Source: Eledone cirrhosa (taxonomy: Eukaryota). Taken from it: a DNA stretch of 64,000 bases. Below, in pieces: positions 1 to 13,200 of this stretch. Positions within the stretch are counted from its first letter, which is position 1. Each line of letters opens with the position of its first letter. Both the position numbers and the translations under genes were made by a program. The notes under the pieces were generated by a model, which saw nothing but the letters and a program-made list of their open reading frames with translations, ran no database searches and was not told the origin of the DNA. The stretch covers positions 276,148,001 through 276,212,000 of the forward strand of contig OZ024742.1 of the NCBI GenBank assembly GCA_964016885.1. The letters run 5' to 3'.

Positions 1-1269
1 CTCTAGCCCACAGATATGTTGTCTCCCCTCTCTGTCAGTTCTACCACTACAACTATAGTCTCTGCACCTACCTGACATACTCTAGCCCACAGATACGTTG
101 TCTCCCCTCTCTGTCACTTCTACCACTACAACTGTAGTCTCTGCTCCTACCTGACATACTCTAGCTCACAGATATGTTGTCTCCCCTCTCTGTCAGTTCT
201 ACCACTACAACTGTAGTCTCTGCTCCTACCTGACACACTCTAGCCCACAGATATGTTGTCTCCTCTCTCTGTCAGTTCTACCACTACAACTCTAGTCTCT
301 GCTCCTCACTGACATACTTTAGCCTACAGATATGTTTTCTTCCCTCTCTGTCAGTTCTACCACTACAACTATAGTCTCTGCTCCTACCTGACATACTCTA
401 GCCCACAGATATGTTGTCTCCCCTCTCTGTCAGTTCTACCACTACAATTATAGTCTCTGCTCCTACCTGACATACCCTAGCCCACAGATATGTTGTCTCC
501 CCTCTCTGTCAGTTCTACCACTACAACTGTAGTCTCTGATCCTACCTGACATACTCTAGCCCACAGATATGTTTTCTTCCCTCTCTGTCAGTTCTACCAC
601 TACAACTGTAGTCTCTTCTCCTACCTGACATACTCTAACCCACAGATATGTTGTCTCCTCTCTCTGTCAGTTCTACCACTACAACTATAGTCTCTGCTCC
701 TACCTGACATACTCTAACCCACAGATATTTTGTCTCCTCTCACTGTCAGTTCTACCACTATAACTATAGTCTCTGCTCGTCACTGACATACTCTAGCCCA
801 CAGATATGTTGTCTCCCCTCTTTGTCAGTTCTACCACTACAGCTATAGTCTCTGCTCCTACCTGACATACTCTAACCCACAGATATGTTCTCTCCCCTCT
901 TTGTCAGTTCTACCACTACAACTATAGTCTCTGCTCCTACCTGACATAAACTAACCCACAGATATGTTGTCTCCTCTCTCTGTCAGTTCTACCACTACAA
1001 CTGTAGTCCCTGCTCCTACCTGCCATAATCTAGCCCACAGATATGTTGTCTCCCTTCTCTGTCAGTTCTACCTCTACAACTATAGTCTCTTCTCCTACCT
1101 GACATACTCTAACCCACAGATATGTTGTCTCCTCTCTCTGTCAGTTCTGCCACTACAAATGTAATCTCTGCTCCTACCTGCCATACTCTAGCCCACAGAT
1201 ATGTTGTCTCCTCTCTCTGTCAGTTCTACCACTACAACTATAGTCTCTTCTACTACCTGACATACTCTA

Positions 1270-4200
1270 ACCCACAGATATGTTGTCTCCTCTCTCTGTC
1301 AGTTCTACCACTACAACTGTAGTATCTGCTCCTACCTGACATACTCTAACCCACAGATATTTTGTCTCCTCTCTCTGTCAGTTCTACCACTACAACTATA
1401 GTCTCTGCTCCTACCTGACATACTCTAACCCACAGATATGTTGTCTTCAGTCTCTGTCAGTTCTACCACTACAACTATAGTCTCTGCTCATCACTGACAT
1501 ACTCTAGCTCACAGATATGTTGTCTCCCCTCTCTGTCAGTTCTACCACTACAACTATAGTCTCTGCTCCTACCTGACATACTCTAACCCACAGATATATT
1601 GTCTTCAGTCTCTGTCAGTTCTACCACTACAACTATAGTCTCTGCTCATCACTGACATACTCTAGCCCACAGATATGTTGTCTCCCCTCTCTGTCAGTTC
1701 TACCACTACAACTGTAGTCTCTGCTCCTACCTGACATACTCTAACCCACAGATATGTTGTCTCCCCTCTCTGTCAGTTCTACCACTACAACTGTAGTCTC
1801 TGCTCCTACCTGACATACTCTAACCCATAGATATGTTGTCTTCCCTCTCTGTCAGTTCTACCACTACAACTATAGTCTCTGCTCCTACCTGACATACTCT
1901 AGCCCACAGATATGTTCTCTCCCGTCTCTGTCAGTTCTACCACTACAACTATAGTCTCTGCTCCTCACTGACATACTCTAGCCCACAGATATGTTGTCTC
2001 CCCTCTCTGTCAGTTCTGCCACTACAACTGTAGTCTCTGCTCCTCACTGACATACTCTAGCCCACAGATATGTTGTCTCCTCTCTCTGTCAGTTCTACTA
2101 CTACAACTGTAGTCTCTTCTCCTACCTGACATACTCTAACACACAGATATGTTGTCTCCTCTCTCTGTCAGTTCTACCACTACACCTATAGTCTCTGCTC
2201 CTACCTGACATACTCTAACCCACAGATATGTTGTCTCCCCTCTCTGTCAGTTCTACCATTACAACTATAGTCTCTGCTCCTACCTGATATACTCTAGCTC
2301 ACAGATATGTTGTCTCCCCTCTCTCTCAGTTCTACCACTACAACTATAGTCTCTGCTCCTACCTGACATACTCTAACCCATAGATATGTTGTCTTCCCTC
2401 TCTGTCAGTTCTACCACTACAACTATAGTCTCTGCTCCTACCTGACATACTCTAGCCCACAGATATGTTCTCTCCCGTCTCTGTCAGTTCTACCACTACA
2501 ACTATAGTCTCTGCTCCTCACTGACATACTCTAGCCCACAGATATGTTGTCTCCCCTCTCTGTCAGTTCTGCCACTACAACTGTAGTCTCTGCTCCTCAC
2601 TGACATACTCTAGCCCACAGATATGTTGTCTCCTCTCTCTGTCAGTTCTACTACTACAACTGTAGTCTCTTCTCCTACCTGACATACTCTAGCCCACAGA
2701 TATGTTGTCTCCCCTCTCTGTCAGTTCTACCACTACAACTATAGTCTCTGCTCCTACCTGACATACTCTAGCCCACAGATACGTTGTCTCCCCTCTCTGT
2801 CAGTTCTACCACTACAACTGTAGTCTCTGCTCCTACCTGACATACTCTAGCCCACAGATACGTTGTCTCCCCTCTCTGTCAGTTCTACCACTACAACTAT
2901 AGACTCTTCTCCTACCTGACATACTCTAACCCACAGATACGTTGTCTCCCCTCTCTGTCAGTTCTACCACTACAACTGTAGTCTCTGCTCCTACCTGACA
3001 TACTCTAGCTCACAGATATGTTGTCTCCCCTCTCTGTCAGTTCTACCACTACAACTATAGTCTCTGCTCCTACCTGACATACTCTAGCCCACAGATACGT
3101 TGTCTCCCCTCTCTGTCAGTTCTACCACTACAACTATAGTCTCTGCTCCTACCTGACATACTCTAACCCACAGATATTTTGTCTCCTCTCACTGTCAGTT
3201 CTACCACTATAACTATAGTCTCTGCTCCTACCTGACATACTCTAGCCCACAGATACGTTGTCTCCCCTCTCTGTCAGTTCTACCACTACAACTGTAGTCT
3301 CTGCTCCTACCTGACATACTCTAGCTCACAGATATGTTGTCTCCCCTCTCTGTCAGTTCTACCACTACAACTGTAGTCTCTGCTCCTACCTGACATACTC
3401 TAGCTCACAGATATGTTGTCTCCCCTCTCTGTCAGTTCTACCACTTCAACTGTAGTCTCTGCTCCTACCTGCCATACTCTAGCCCACAGATATGTTGTCT
3501 CCCCTCTCTGTCAGTTCTACTATTACAACTATAGTCTCTTCTCCTACCTGACATACTCTAGCTCACAAATATGTTGTCTCCCCTCTCTGTCAGTTCTACC
3601 ACTACAACTGTAGTCTCTGCTCCTACCTGCCATAATCTAGCCCACAGATATCTTGTCTCCCCTCTCTGTCAGTTCTACCACTACAACTATAGTCTCTTCT
3701 CCTACCTGACATACTCTAACCCACAGATATGTTGTCTCCTCTCTCTGTCATTTCTGCCACTACAACTGTAATCTCTGCTCCTCACTGACATACTTAAGCC
3801 CACAGATATGTTGTCTCCTCTCTCTGTCAGTTCTACCACTACAACTATAGTCTCTTCTACTACCTGACATACTCTAACCCACAGATATGTTGTCTACTCT
3901 CTCTGTCAGTTCTACCACTACAACTGTAGTATCTGCTCCTACCTGACATACTCTAATCCACAGATATCTTGTCTCCTCTCTCTGTCAGTTCCACCACTAC
4001 AACTATAGTCTCTGCTCCTACCTGACATACTCTAGCCCACAGATATGTTGTCTTCAGTCTCTGTCAGTTCTACCACTACAACTATAGTCTCTGCTCATCA
4101 CTGACATACTCTAGCTCACAGATATGTTGTCTCCCCTCTCTGTCAGTTCTACCACTACAACTATAGTCTCTGCTCCTATCTCTATCTGACATACTCTAGC

Positions 4201-7200
4201 CCACAGATATGTTGTCTCCCCTCTCTGTCAGTTCTACCACTACAACTATAGTCTCTGCTCCGCACTGACATACTCTAGCGCACAGATATGTTGTCTCCCC
4301 TCTCTGTCAGTTCTACCACTACAACTATAGTCTCTGCTCCTACCTGACATACTCTAGCCCACAGATATGTTGTCTCCCCTCTCTGTCAGTTCTACCACTA
4401 GAACTGTAGTCTCTGATCCTATCTGACATACTCTAACGCATGGATATGTTGTCTTCCCTCTCTGTCAGTTCTACCACTACAACTATAGTCTCTGCTCCTA
4501 CCTGACATACTCTAGCCCACAGACATGTTCTCTCCCCTCTCTGTCAGTTCTACCACTACAACTGTAGTCTCTGTTCGTCACTGACATACTTAAGCCCACA
4601 GATATGTTGTCTCCTCTCTCTGTCAGTTCTACCACTACAACTATAGTCTCTCCTCCTTCCTGACATACTCTAGCCCACAGATATGTTGTCTCCCCTCTCT
4701 GTCAGTTCTACCAGTACAACTGTAGTCTCTGCTCCTCACTGACATACTCTAGCCCACAGATATGTTGTCTCCCCTCTCTGTCAGTTCTACCACTACAACT
4801 ATAGTCTCTGCTCCTACCTGACATACTCTAGCTCACACATATGTTGTCCCCCCTCTCTGTCAGTTCTACCACTACAACTGTAGTCTCTTCTCCTACCTGA
4901 CATACTCTAACCCACAGATATGTTGTCTCCCCTCTCTGTCAGTTCTACCACTACAACTGTAGTCTCTGCTCCTACCTGCCATACTCTAGCCCACAGATAT
5001 GTTGTCTCCGCTCTCTGTCAGTTCTACCACTACAACTATAGTCTCTTCTCCTACCTGACATACCCTAGCCCACAGATATGTTGTCTCCCCTCTCTGTCAG
5101 TTCTACCACTACAACTGTAGTCTCTGCTCCTACCTGACATACTCTAACCCACAGATATGTTGTCTCCCCTCTCTGTCAGTTCTACCACTACAACTATAGT
5201 CTCTTCTCCTACCTGACATACTCTAACCCACAGATATGTTGTCTCCTCTCTCTGTCAGTTCTACCACTACAACTATAGTCTCTGCTCCTACCTGACATAC
5301 TCTAACCCACAGATATTTTGTCTCCCCTCTCTGTCAGTTCTACCACTATAACTATAGTCTCTGCTCGTCACTGACATACTCTAGCCCACAGATATGTTGT
5401 CTGCCCTCTTTGTCAGTTCTACCACTACAGCTATAGTCTCTGCTCCTACCTGACATACTCTAGCCCACAGATATGTTGTCTCCCCTCTCTGTCAGTTCTA
5501 CCACTACAACTGTAGTCTCTGCTCCTACCTGACATACTCTAGCCCACAGATATGTTGTCTCCCCTCTCTGTCAGTTCTACCACTACAACTATAGTCTCTG
5601 CTCCTCACTGACATACTCTAGCCCACAGATATGTTGTCTCCTCTCTCTGTCAGTTCTACTACTACAACTGTAGTCTCTTCTCCTCACTGACATACTTAAG
5701 CCCACAGATATGTTGTCTCCCCTCTCTGTCAGTTCTACCACTACAACTATAGTCTCTGCTCCTACCTGACATACTCTAGCCCACAGATATGTTCTCTCCC
5801 CTCTCTGTCAGTTCTACCACTACAACTGTAGTCTCTGCTCCTACCTGACATACTTTAGCTCACAGATATGTTGTCTCCCCTCTCCGTCAGTTCTACCACT
5901 AGAACTGTAGTATCTGCTCCTCACTGACATACTCTAGCCCACAGATATGTTGTCTCCCCTCTCTGTCAGTTCTACCACTACAACTATAGTCTCTGCTCCT
6001 CACTGACATACTCTAGCCCACAGATATGTTGTCTCCCCTCTCTGTCAGATCTACCATTACAACTATAGTCTCTGCTCCTACCTGACATACTCTAGCTCAC
6101 AGATATGTTGTCTTCCCTCTCTGTCAGTTCTACCACTACAACTATAGTCTCTGCTCCTACCTGACATACTCTAGCCCACAGATATGTTTTCTTCTCTCTC
6201 TGTCAGTTCTACCACTACAACTGTAGTCTCTGCTCCTACCTGACATACCACAGATATGTTGTCTACCCTCTCTGTCAGTTCTACCACTACAACTATAGTC
6301 TCTTCTCCTACCTGACGTACTCTAGCCCACAGATATGTTGTCTCCTCTCTCTGTCAGTTCTACCACTACAACTATAGTCTCTGCTCCTACCTGACATACT
6401 CTAACCCACAGATATGTTGTCTCCTCTCTCTGTCAGTTCTGCCACTACAACTGTAATCTCTGCTCCTCACTGACATACTTAAGCCCACAGATATGTTGTC
6501 TCCTCTCTCTGTCAGTTCTACCACTACAACTATAGTCTCTTCTACTACCTGACATACTCTAACCCACAGATATGTTGTCACCTCTCTCTGCCAGTTCTAC
6601 CACTACAACTGTAGTATCTGCTCCTACCTGACATACTCTAACCCACAGATATTTTGTCTCCTCTCTCTGTCCGTTCTACCACTACAACTCTAGTCTCTGC
6701 TCATCACTGACATACTCTAGCTCACAGATATGTTGTCTCCCCTCTCTGTCAGTTCTACCACTACAACTATAGTCTCTGCTCCTCACTGACATACTCTAGC
6801 ACACAGATATGTTGTCTCCCCTCTCTGTCAGTTCTACCACTACAACTATAGTCTCTTCTCCTCACTGACATACTCTAGCCCACAGATATGTTGTCTCCCC
6901 TCTCTGTCAGTTCTGCCACTACAACTGTAGTCTCTGCTCCTCGCTGACATACTCTAGCCCACAGATATGTTGTCTCCTCTCTCTGTCAGTTCTACTACTA
7001 CAACTGTAGTCTCTTCTCCTACCTGACATACTCTAACACACAGATATGTTGTCTCCCCTCTCTGTCAGTTCTACCACTACAACTATAGTCTCTGCTCCTA
7101 CCTGACATACTCTAGCCCACATATATGTTGTCTCCCTTCTGTGTCAGTTCTACCACTACAACTATAGTCTCTGCTCCTACCTGACATACTCTAACCCACA

Positions 7201-10200
7201 GATATGTTGTCTCCCCTCTCTGTCAGTTCTACCATTACAACTATAGTCTCTGCTCCTACCTGACATACTCTAGCTCACAGATATGTTGTCTCCCCTCTCT
7301 GTCAGTTCTACCACTACAACTGTAGTCTCTGCTCTTACCTGCCATACTCTAGCCCACAGATATGTTGTCTCCCCTCTCTGTCAGTTCTACCACTACAACT
7401 ATAGTCTCTTCTCCTACCTGACATACTCTAACCCACAGATATGTTGTCTCCCCTCTCTGTCAGTTCTACCATTACAACTATAGTCTCTGCTCCTACCTGA
7501 CATACTCTAGCTCACAAATATGTTGTCTCCCCTCTCTGTCAGTTCTACCACTACAACTATAGTCTCTGCTCCTCACTGACATACTCTAGCACACAGATAT
7601 GTTGTCGCCCCTCTCTGTCAGTTCTACCACTACAACTGTAGTCTCTGCTCCTACCTGCCATACTCTAGCCCACAGATATGTTGTCTCCCCTCTCTGTCAG
7701 TTCTACCACTACAACTATAGTCTCTTCTCCTACCTGACATACTCTAACCCACAAATATGTTGTCTACTCTCTCTGTCAGTTCTACCACTACAACTGTAGT
7801 ATCTGCTCCTACCTGACATACTCTAACCCACAGATATTTTGTCTCCTCTCTCTGTCAGTTCTACCACTACAACTATAGTCTCTGCTCCTACCTGACATAC
7901 TCTAACCCACAGATATGTTGTCTTCAGTCTCTGTCAGTTCTACCACTACAACTATAGTCTCTGCTCATCACTGACATACTCTAGCTCACAGATATGTTGT
8001 CTCCCCTCTCTGCCAGTTCTACCACTACAACTATAGTCTCTGCTCCTATCTCTATCTGACATACTCTAGCCCACAGATATGTTGTCTCCCCTCTCTGTCA
8101 GTTCTACCACTAGAACTGTAGTCTCTGCACCCACCTGACATACTCTAACCCACAGATATGTTGTCTCCCCTCTCTGTCAGTTCTACCACTACAACTCTTG
8201 TCTCTGCTCCTACCTGACATACTCTAACCCATAGATATGTTGTCTTCCCTCTCTGTCAGTTCTACCACTACAACTATAGTCTCTGCTCCTACCTGACATA
8301 CTCTAGCCCACAGATATGTTCTCTCCCCTCTCTGTCAGTTCTACCACTACAACTGTAGTCTCTGCTCCTACCTGACATACTCTAGCTCACAGATATGTTG
8401 TCTCCCCTCTCTGTCAGTTTTACCACTAGAACTGTAGTATCTGCTCCTCACTGACATACTCTAGCCCATAGATATGTTGTCTCCCCTCTCTGTCAGTTCT
8501 GCCACTACCACTGTAGTCTCTGCTCCTCACTGACATACTTAAGCCCACAGATATGTTGTCTCCTCTCTCTGTCAGTTCTACCACTACAACTATAGTCTCT
8601 GCTCCTACCTGACATACTCTAGCCCACAGATATGTTGTCTCCCCTCTCTGTCAGTTCTACCAGTACAACTGTAGTCTCTGCTCCTCACTGACATACTCTA
8701 GCACACGTATATGTTGTCTCCCCTCTCTGTCAGTTCTACCACTACAACTATAGTCTCTGCTCTTACCTGACATACTCTAGCCCAGAGATATGTTGTCTCC
8801 CCTGTCTGTCAGTTCAACCAATACAACTATAATCTCTGCTCCTACCTGACATACTCTAGCCCACAGATATGTTGTCTCCCCTCTCTGTCAGTTCTACCAC
8901 TACAACTATAGTCTCTGCTCCTACCTGACATACTCTAGCTCACAGATATGTTGTCTCCCCTCTCTGTCAGTTCTACCACTACAACTGTCGTCTCTGCACC
9001 TACGTGACATACTTTTAGCCACAGATATGTTGTCTCCCCTCTGTGTCAGTTCTACCACTACAACTGTAGTCTCTGCTCCTACCTGACATACTCTAACCCA
9101 CAGATATGTTGTCTCCCCTCTCTGTCAGTTCTACCATTACAAATATAGTCTCTGCTCCTACCTGACATACTCTAGCTCACAGATATGTTGTCTCCCCTCT
9201 CTATCAGTTCTACCACTACAACTATAGTCTCTGCTCCTACCTGACATACTCTAGCTCACAGATATGTTGTCTCCTCTCTCTGTCAGTTCTACCACTACAA
9301 CTGTAGTCTCTGATCCTACCTGACATACTCTAACCCACAGATATGTTGTCTCCTCTCTCTGTCAGTTCTACTACTACAACTGTAGTATCTGCTCCTACCT
9401 GACATACTCTAACCCACAGATATTTTGTCTCCTCTCTCTGTCAGTTCTACCACTACAACTATAGTCTCTGCTCCTACCTGACATACTCTAGCCCACAGAT
9501 ATGTTGTCTTCAGTCTCTGTCAGTTCTACCACTACAACTATAGTCTCTGCTCATCACTGACATACTCTAGCTCACAGATATGTTGTCTCCCCTCTCTGTC
9601 AGTTCTACCACTACAACTATAGTCTCTGCTACTACCTGACATACTCTAACCCACAGATATATTGTCTTCAGTCTCTGTCAGTTCTACCACTACAACTATA
9701 GTCTCTGCTCATCACTGACATACTCTAGCCCACAGATATGTTGTCTCCCCTCTCTGTCAGTTCTACCACTACAACTATAGTCTCGGCTCCTCACTGACAT
9801 ACTCTAGCCCACAGATATGTTGTCTCCCCTCTCTGTCAGTTCTACCACTACAACTATAGTCTCTGCTCCTACCTGACATACTCTAGCCCACAGATATGTT
9901 CTCTCCCGTCTCTGTCAGTTCTACCACTACAACTATAGTCTCTGCTCCTCACTGACATACTCTAGCCCACAGATATGTTGTCTCCCCTCTCTGTCAGTTC
10001 TGCCACTACAACTGTAGTCTCTGCTCCTTACTGACATACTCTAGCCCACAGATATGTTGTCTCCCCTCTCTGTCAGTTCTACCACTACACCTATAGTCTC
10101 TGCTCCTACCTGACATACTCTAACCCACAGATATGTTGTCTCCCCTCTCTGTCAGTTCTACCATTACAACTATAGTCTCTGCTCCTACCTGATATACTCT

Positions 10201-13200
10201 AGCTCACAGATATGTTGTCTCCCCTCTCTCTCAGTTCTACCACTACAACTGTAGTCTCTGCTCCTACCTGACATACTCTAGCTCACAGATATGTTGTCTC
10301 CCCTCTCTGTCAGTTCTACCACTACAACTGTAGTCTCTGCTCCTACCTGACATACTCTAACCCACAGATATGTTGTCCCCCCTCTCTGTCAGTTCTACCA
10401 CTACAACTATAGTCTCTGCTCCTACCTGACATACTCTAACCCACAGATATTTTGTCTCCTCTCACTGTCAGTTCTACCACTATAACTATAGTCTCTGCTC
10501 CTACCTGACATACTCTAGCTCACAGATATGTTGTCTCCCCTCTCTGTCAGTTCTACCACTTCAACTGTAGTCTCTGCTCCTACCTGCCATACTCTAGCCC
10601 ACAGATATGTTGTCTCCCCTCTCTGTCAGTTCTACTATTACAACTATAGTCTCTTCTCCTACCTGACATACTCTAGCTCACAAATATGTTGTCTCCCCTC
10701 TCTGTCAGTTCTACCACTACAACTGTAGTCTCTGCTCCTACCTGCCATAATCTAGCCCACAGATATCTTGTCTCCCCTCTCTGTCAGTTCTACCACTACA
10801 ACTATAGTCTCTTCTCCTACCTGACATACTCTAACCCACAGATATGTTGTCTACTCTCTCTGTCAGTTCTACCACTACAACTGTAGTATCTGCTCCTACC
10901 TGACATACTCTAATCCACAGATATCTTGTCTCCTCTCTCTGTCAGTTCCACCACTACAACTATAGTCTCTGCTCCTACCTGACATACTCTAGCCCACAGA
11001 TATGTTGTCTTCAGTCTCTGTCAGTTCTACCACTACAACTATAGTCTCTGCTCATCACTGACATACTCTAGCTCACAGATATGTTGTCTCCCCTCTCTGT
11101 CAGTTCTACCACTACAACTATAGTCTCTGCTCCTATCTCTATCTGACATACTCTAGCCCACAGATATGTTGTCTCCCCTCTCTGTCAGTTCTACCACTAC
11201 AACTATAGTCTCTGCTCCGCACTGACATACTCTAGCGCACAGATATGTTGTCTCCCCTCTCTGTCAGTTCTACCACTACAACTATAGTCTCTGCTCCTAC
11301 CTGACATACTCTAGCCCACAGATATGTTGTCTCCCCTCTCTGTCAGTTCTACCACTAGAACTGTAGTCTCTGATCCTATCTGACATACTCTAACGCATGG
11401 ATATGTTGTCTTCCCTCTCTGTCAGTTCTACCACTACAACTATAGTCTCTGCTCCTACCTGACATACTCTAGCCCACAGACATGTTCTCTCCCCTCTCTG
11501 TCAGTTCTACCACTACAACTGTAGTCTCTGTTCGTCACTGACATACTTAAGCCCACAGATATGTTGTCTCCTCTCTCTGTCAGTTCTACCACTACAACTA
11601 TAGTCTCTGCTCCTACCTGACATACTCTAACCCACAGATATGTTGTCTCCCCTCTCTGTCAGTTCTACCACTACAACTGTAGTCTCTGCTCCTACCTGCC
11701 ATACTCTAGCCCACAGATATGTTGTCTCCGCTCTCTGTCAGTTCTACCACTACAACTATAGTCTCTTCTCCTACCTGACATACTCTAACCCACAGATATG
11801 TTGTCTCCTCTCTCTGTCAGTTCTACCACTACAACTATAGTCTCTGCTCCTACCTGACATACTCTAACCCACAGATATTTTGTCTCCTCTCACTGTCAGT
11901 TCTACCACTATAACTATAGTCTCTGCTCGTCACTGACATACTCTAGCCCACAGATATGTTGTCTCCCCTCTCTGTCAGTTCTACCACTACAACTATAGTC
12001 TCTGCTCCTATCTGACCTACTCTAGCCCACATATATGTTGTCTCCCCTCTCTGTCAGTTCTACCACTACAACTATAGTCTCTGCTCCTCACTGACATACT
12101 CTAGCCCACAGATATGTTGTCTCCCCTCTCTGTCAGTTCTGCCACTACAACAGTAGTCTCTGCTCCTCACTGACATACTCTAGCCCACAGATATGTTGTC
12201 TCCTCTCTCTGTCAGTTCTACTACTACAACTGTAGTCTCTTCTCCTCACTGACATACTTAAGCCCACAGATATGTTGTCTCCCCTCTCTGTCAGTTCTAC
12301 CACTACAACTATAGTCTCTGCTCCTACCTGACATACTTTAGCCCACAGATATGTTGTCTCCCCTCTCTGTCAGTTCTGCTACTACAACTGTAGTCTCTGC
12401 TCCTCACTGACATACTTAAGCCCACAGATATGTTGTCTCCCCTCTCTGTCAGTTCTACCACTACAACTATAGTCTCTGCTCCTACCTGACATACTCTAGC
12501 CCACAGATATGTTGTCTCCTCTCTCTGTCAGTTCTACCACTACAACTATAGTCTCTGCTCCTACCTGACATACTCTAGCCCACAGATATGTTCTCTCCCC
12601 TCTCTGTCAGTTCTACCACTACAACTGTAGTCTCTGCTCCTACCTGACATACTTTAGCTCACAGATATGTTGTCTCCCCTCTCCGTCAGTTCTACCACTA
12701 GAACTGTAGTATCTGCTCCTCACTGACATACTCTAGCCCACAGATATGTTGTCTCCCCTCTCTGTCAGTTCTACCACTACAACTATAGTCTCTGCTCCTC
12801 ACTGACATACTCTAGCCCACAGATATGTTGTCTCCCCTCTCTGTCAGATCTACCATTACAACTATAGTCTCTGCTCCTACCTGACATACTCTAGCTCACA
12901 GATATGTTATCTTCCCTCTCTGTCAGTTCTACCACTACAACTATAGTCTCTGCTCCTACCTGACATACTCTAGCCCACAGATATGTTTTCTTCTCTCTCT
13001 GTCAGTTCTACCACTACAACTGTAGTCTCTGCTCCTACCTGACATACCACAGATATGTTGTCTACCCTCTCTGTCAGTTCTACCACTACAACTATAGTCT
13101 CTTCTCCTACCTGACATACTCTAACACAAAGATATGTTGTCTCCCCTCTCTGTCAGTTCTACCAGTACAACTATAGTCTCTGCTCCTACCTGACATACTC

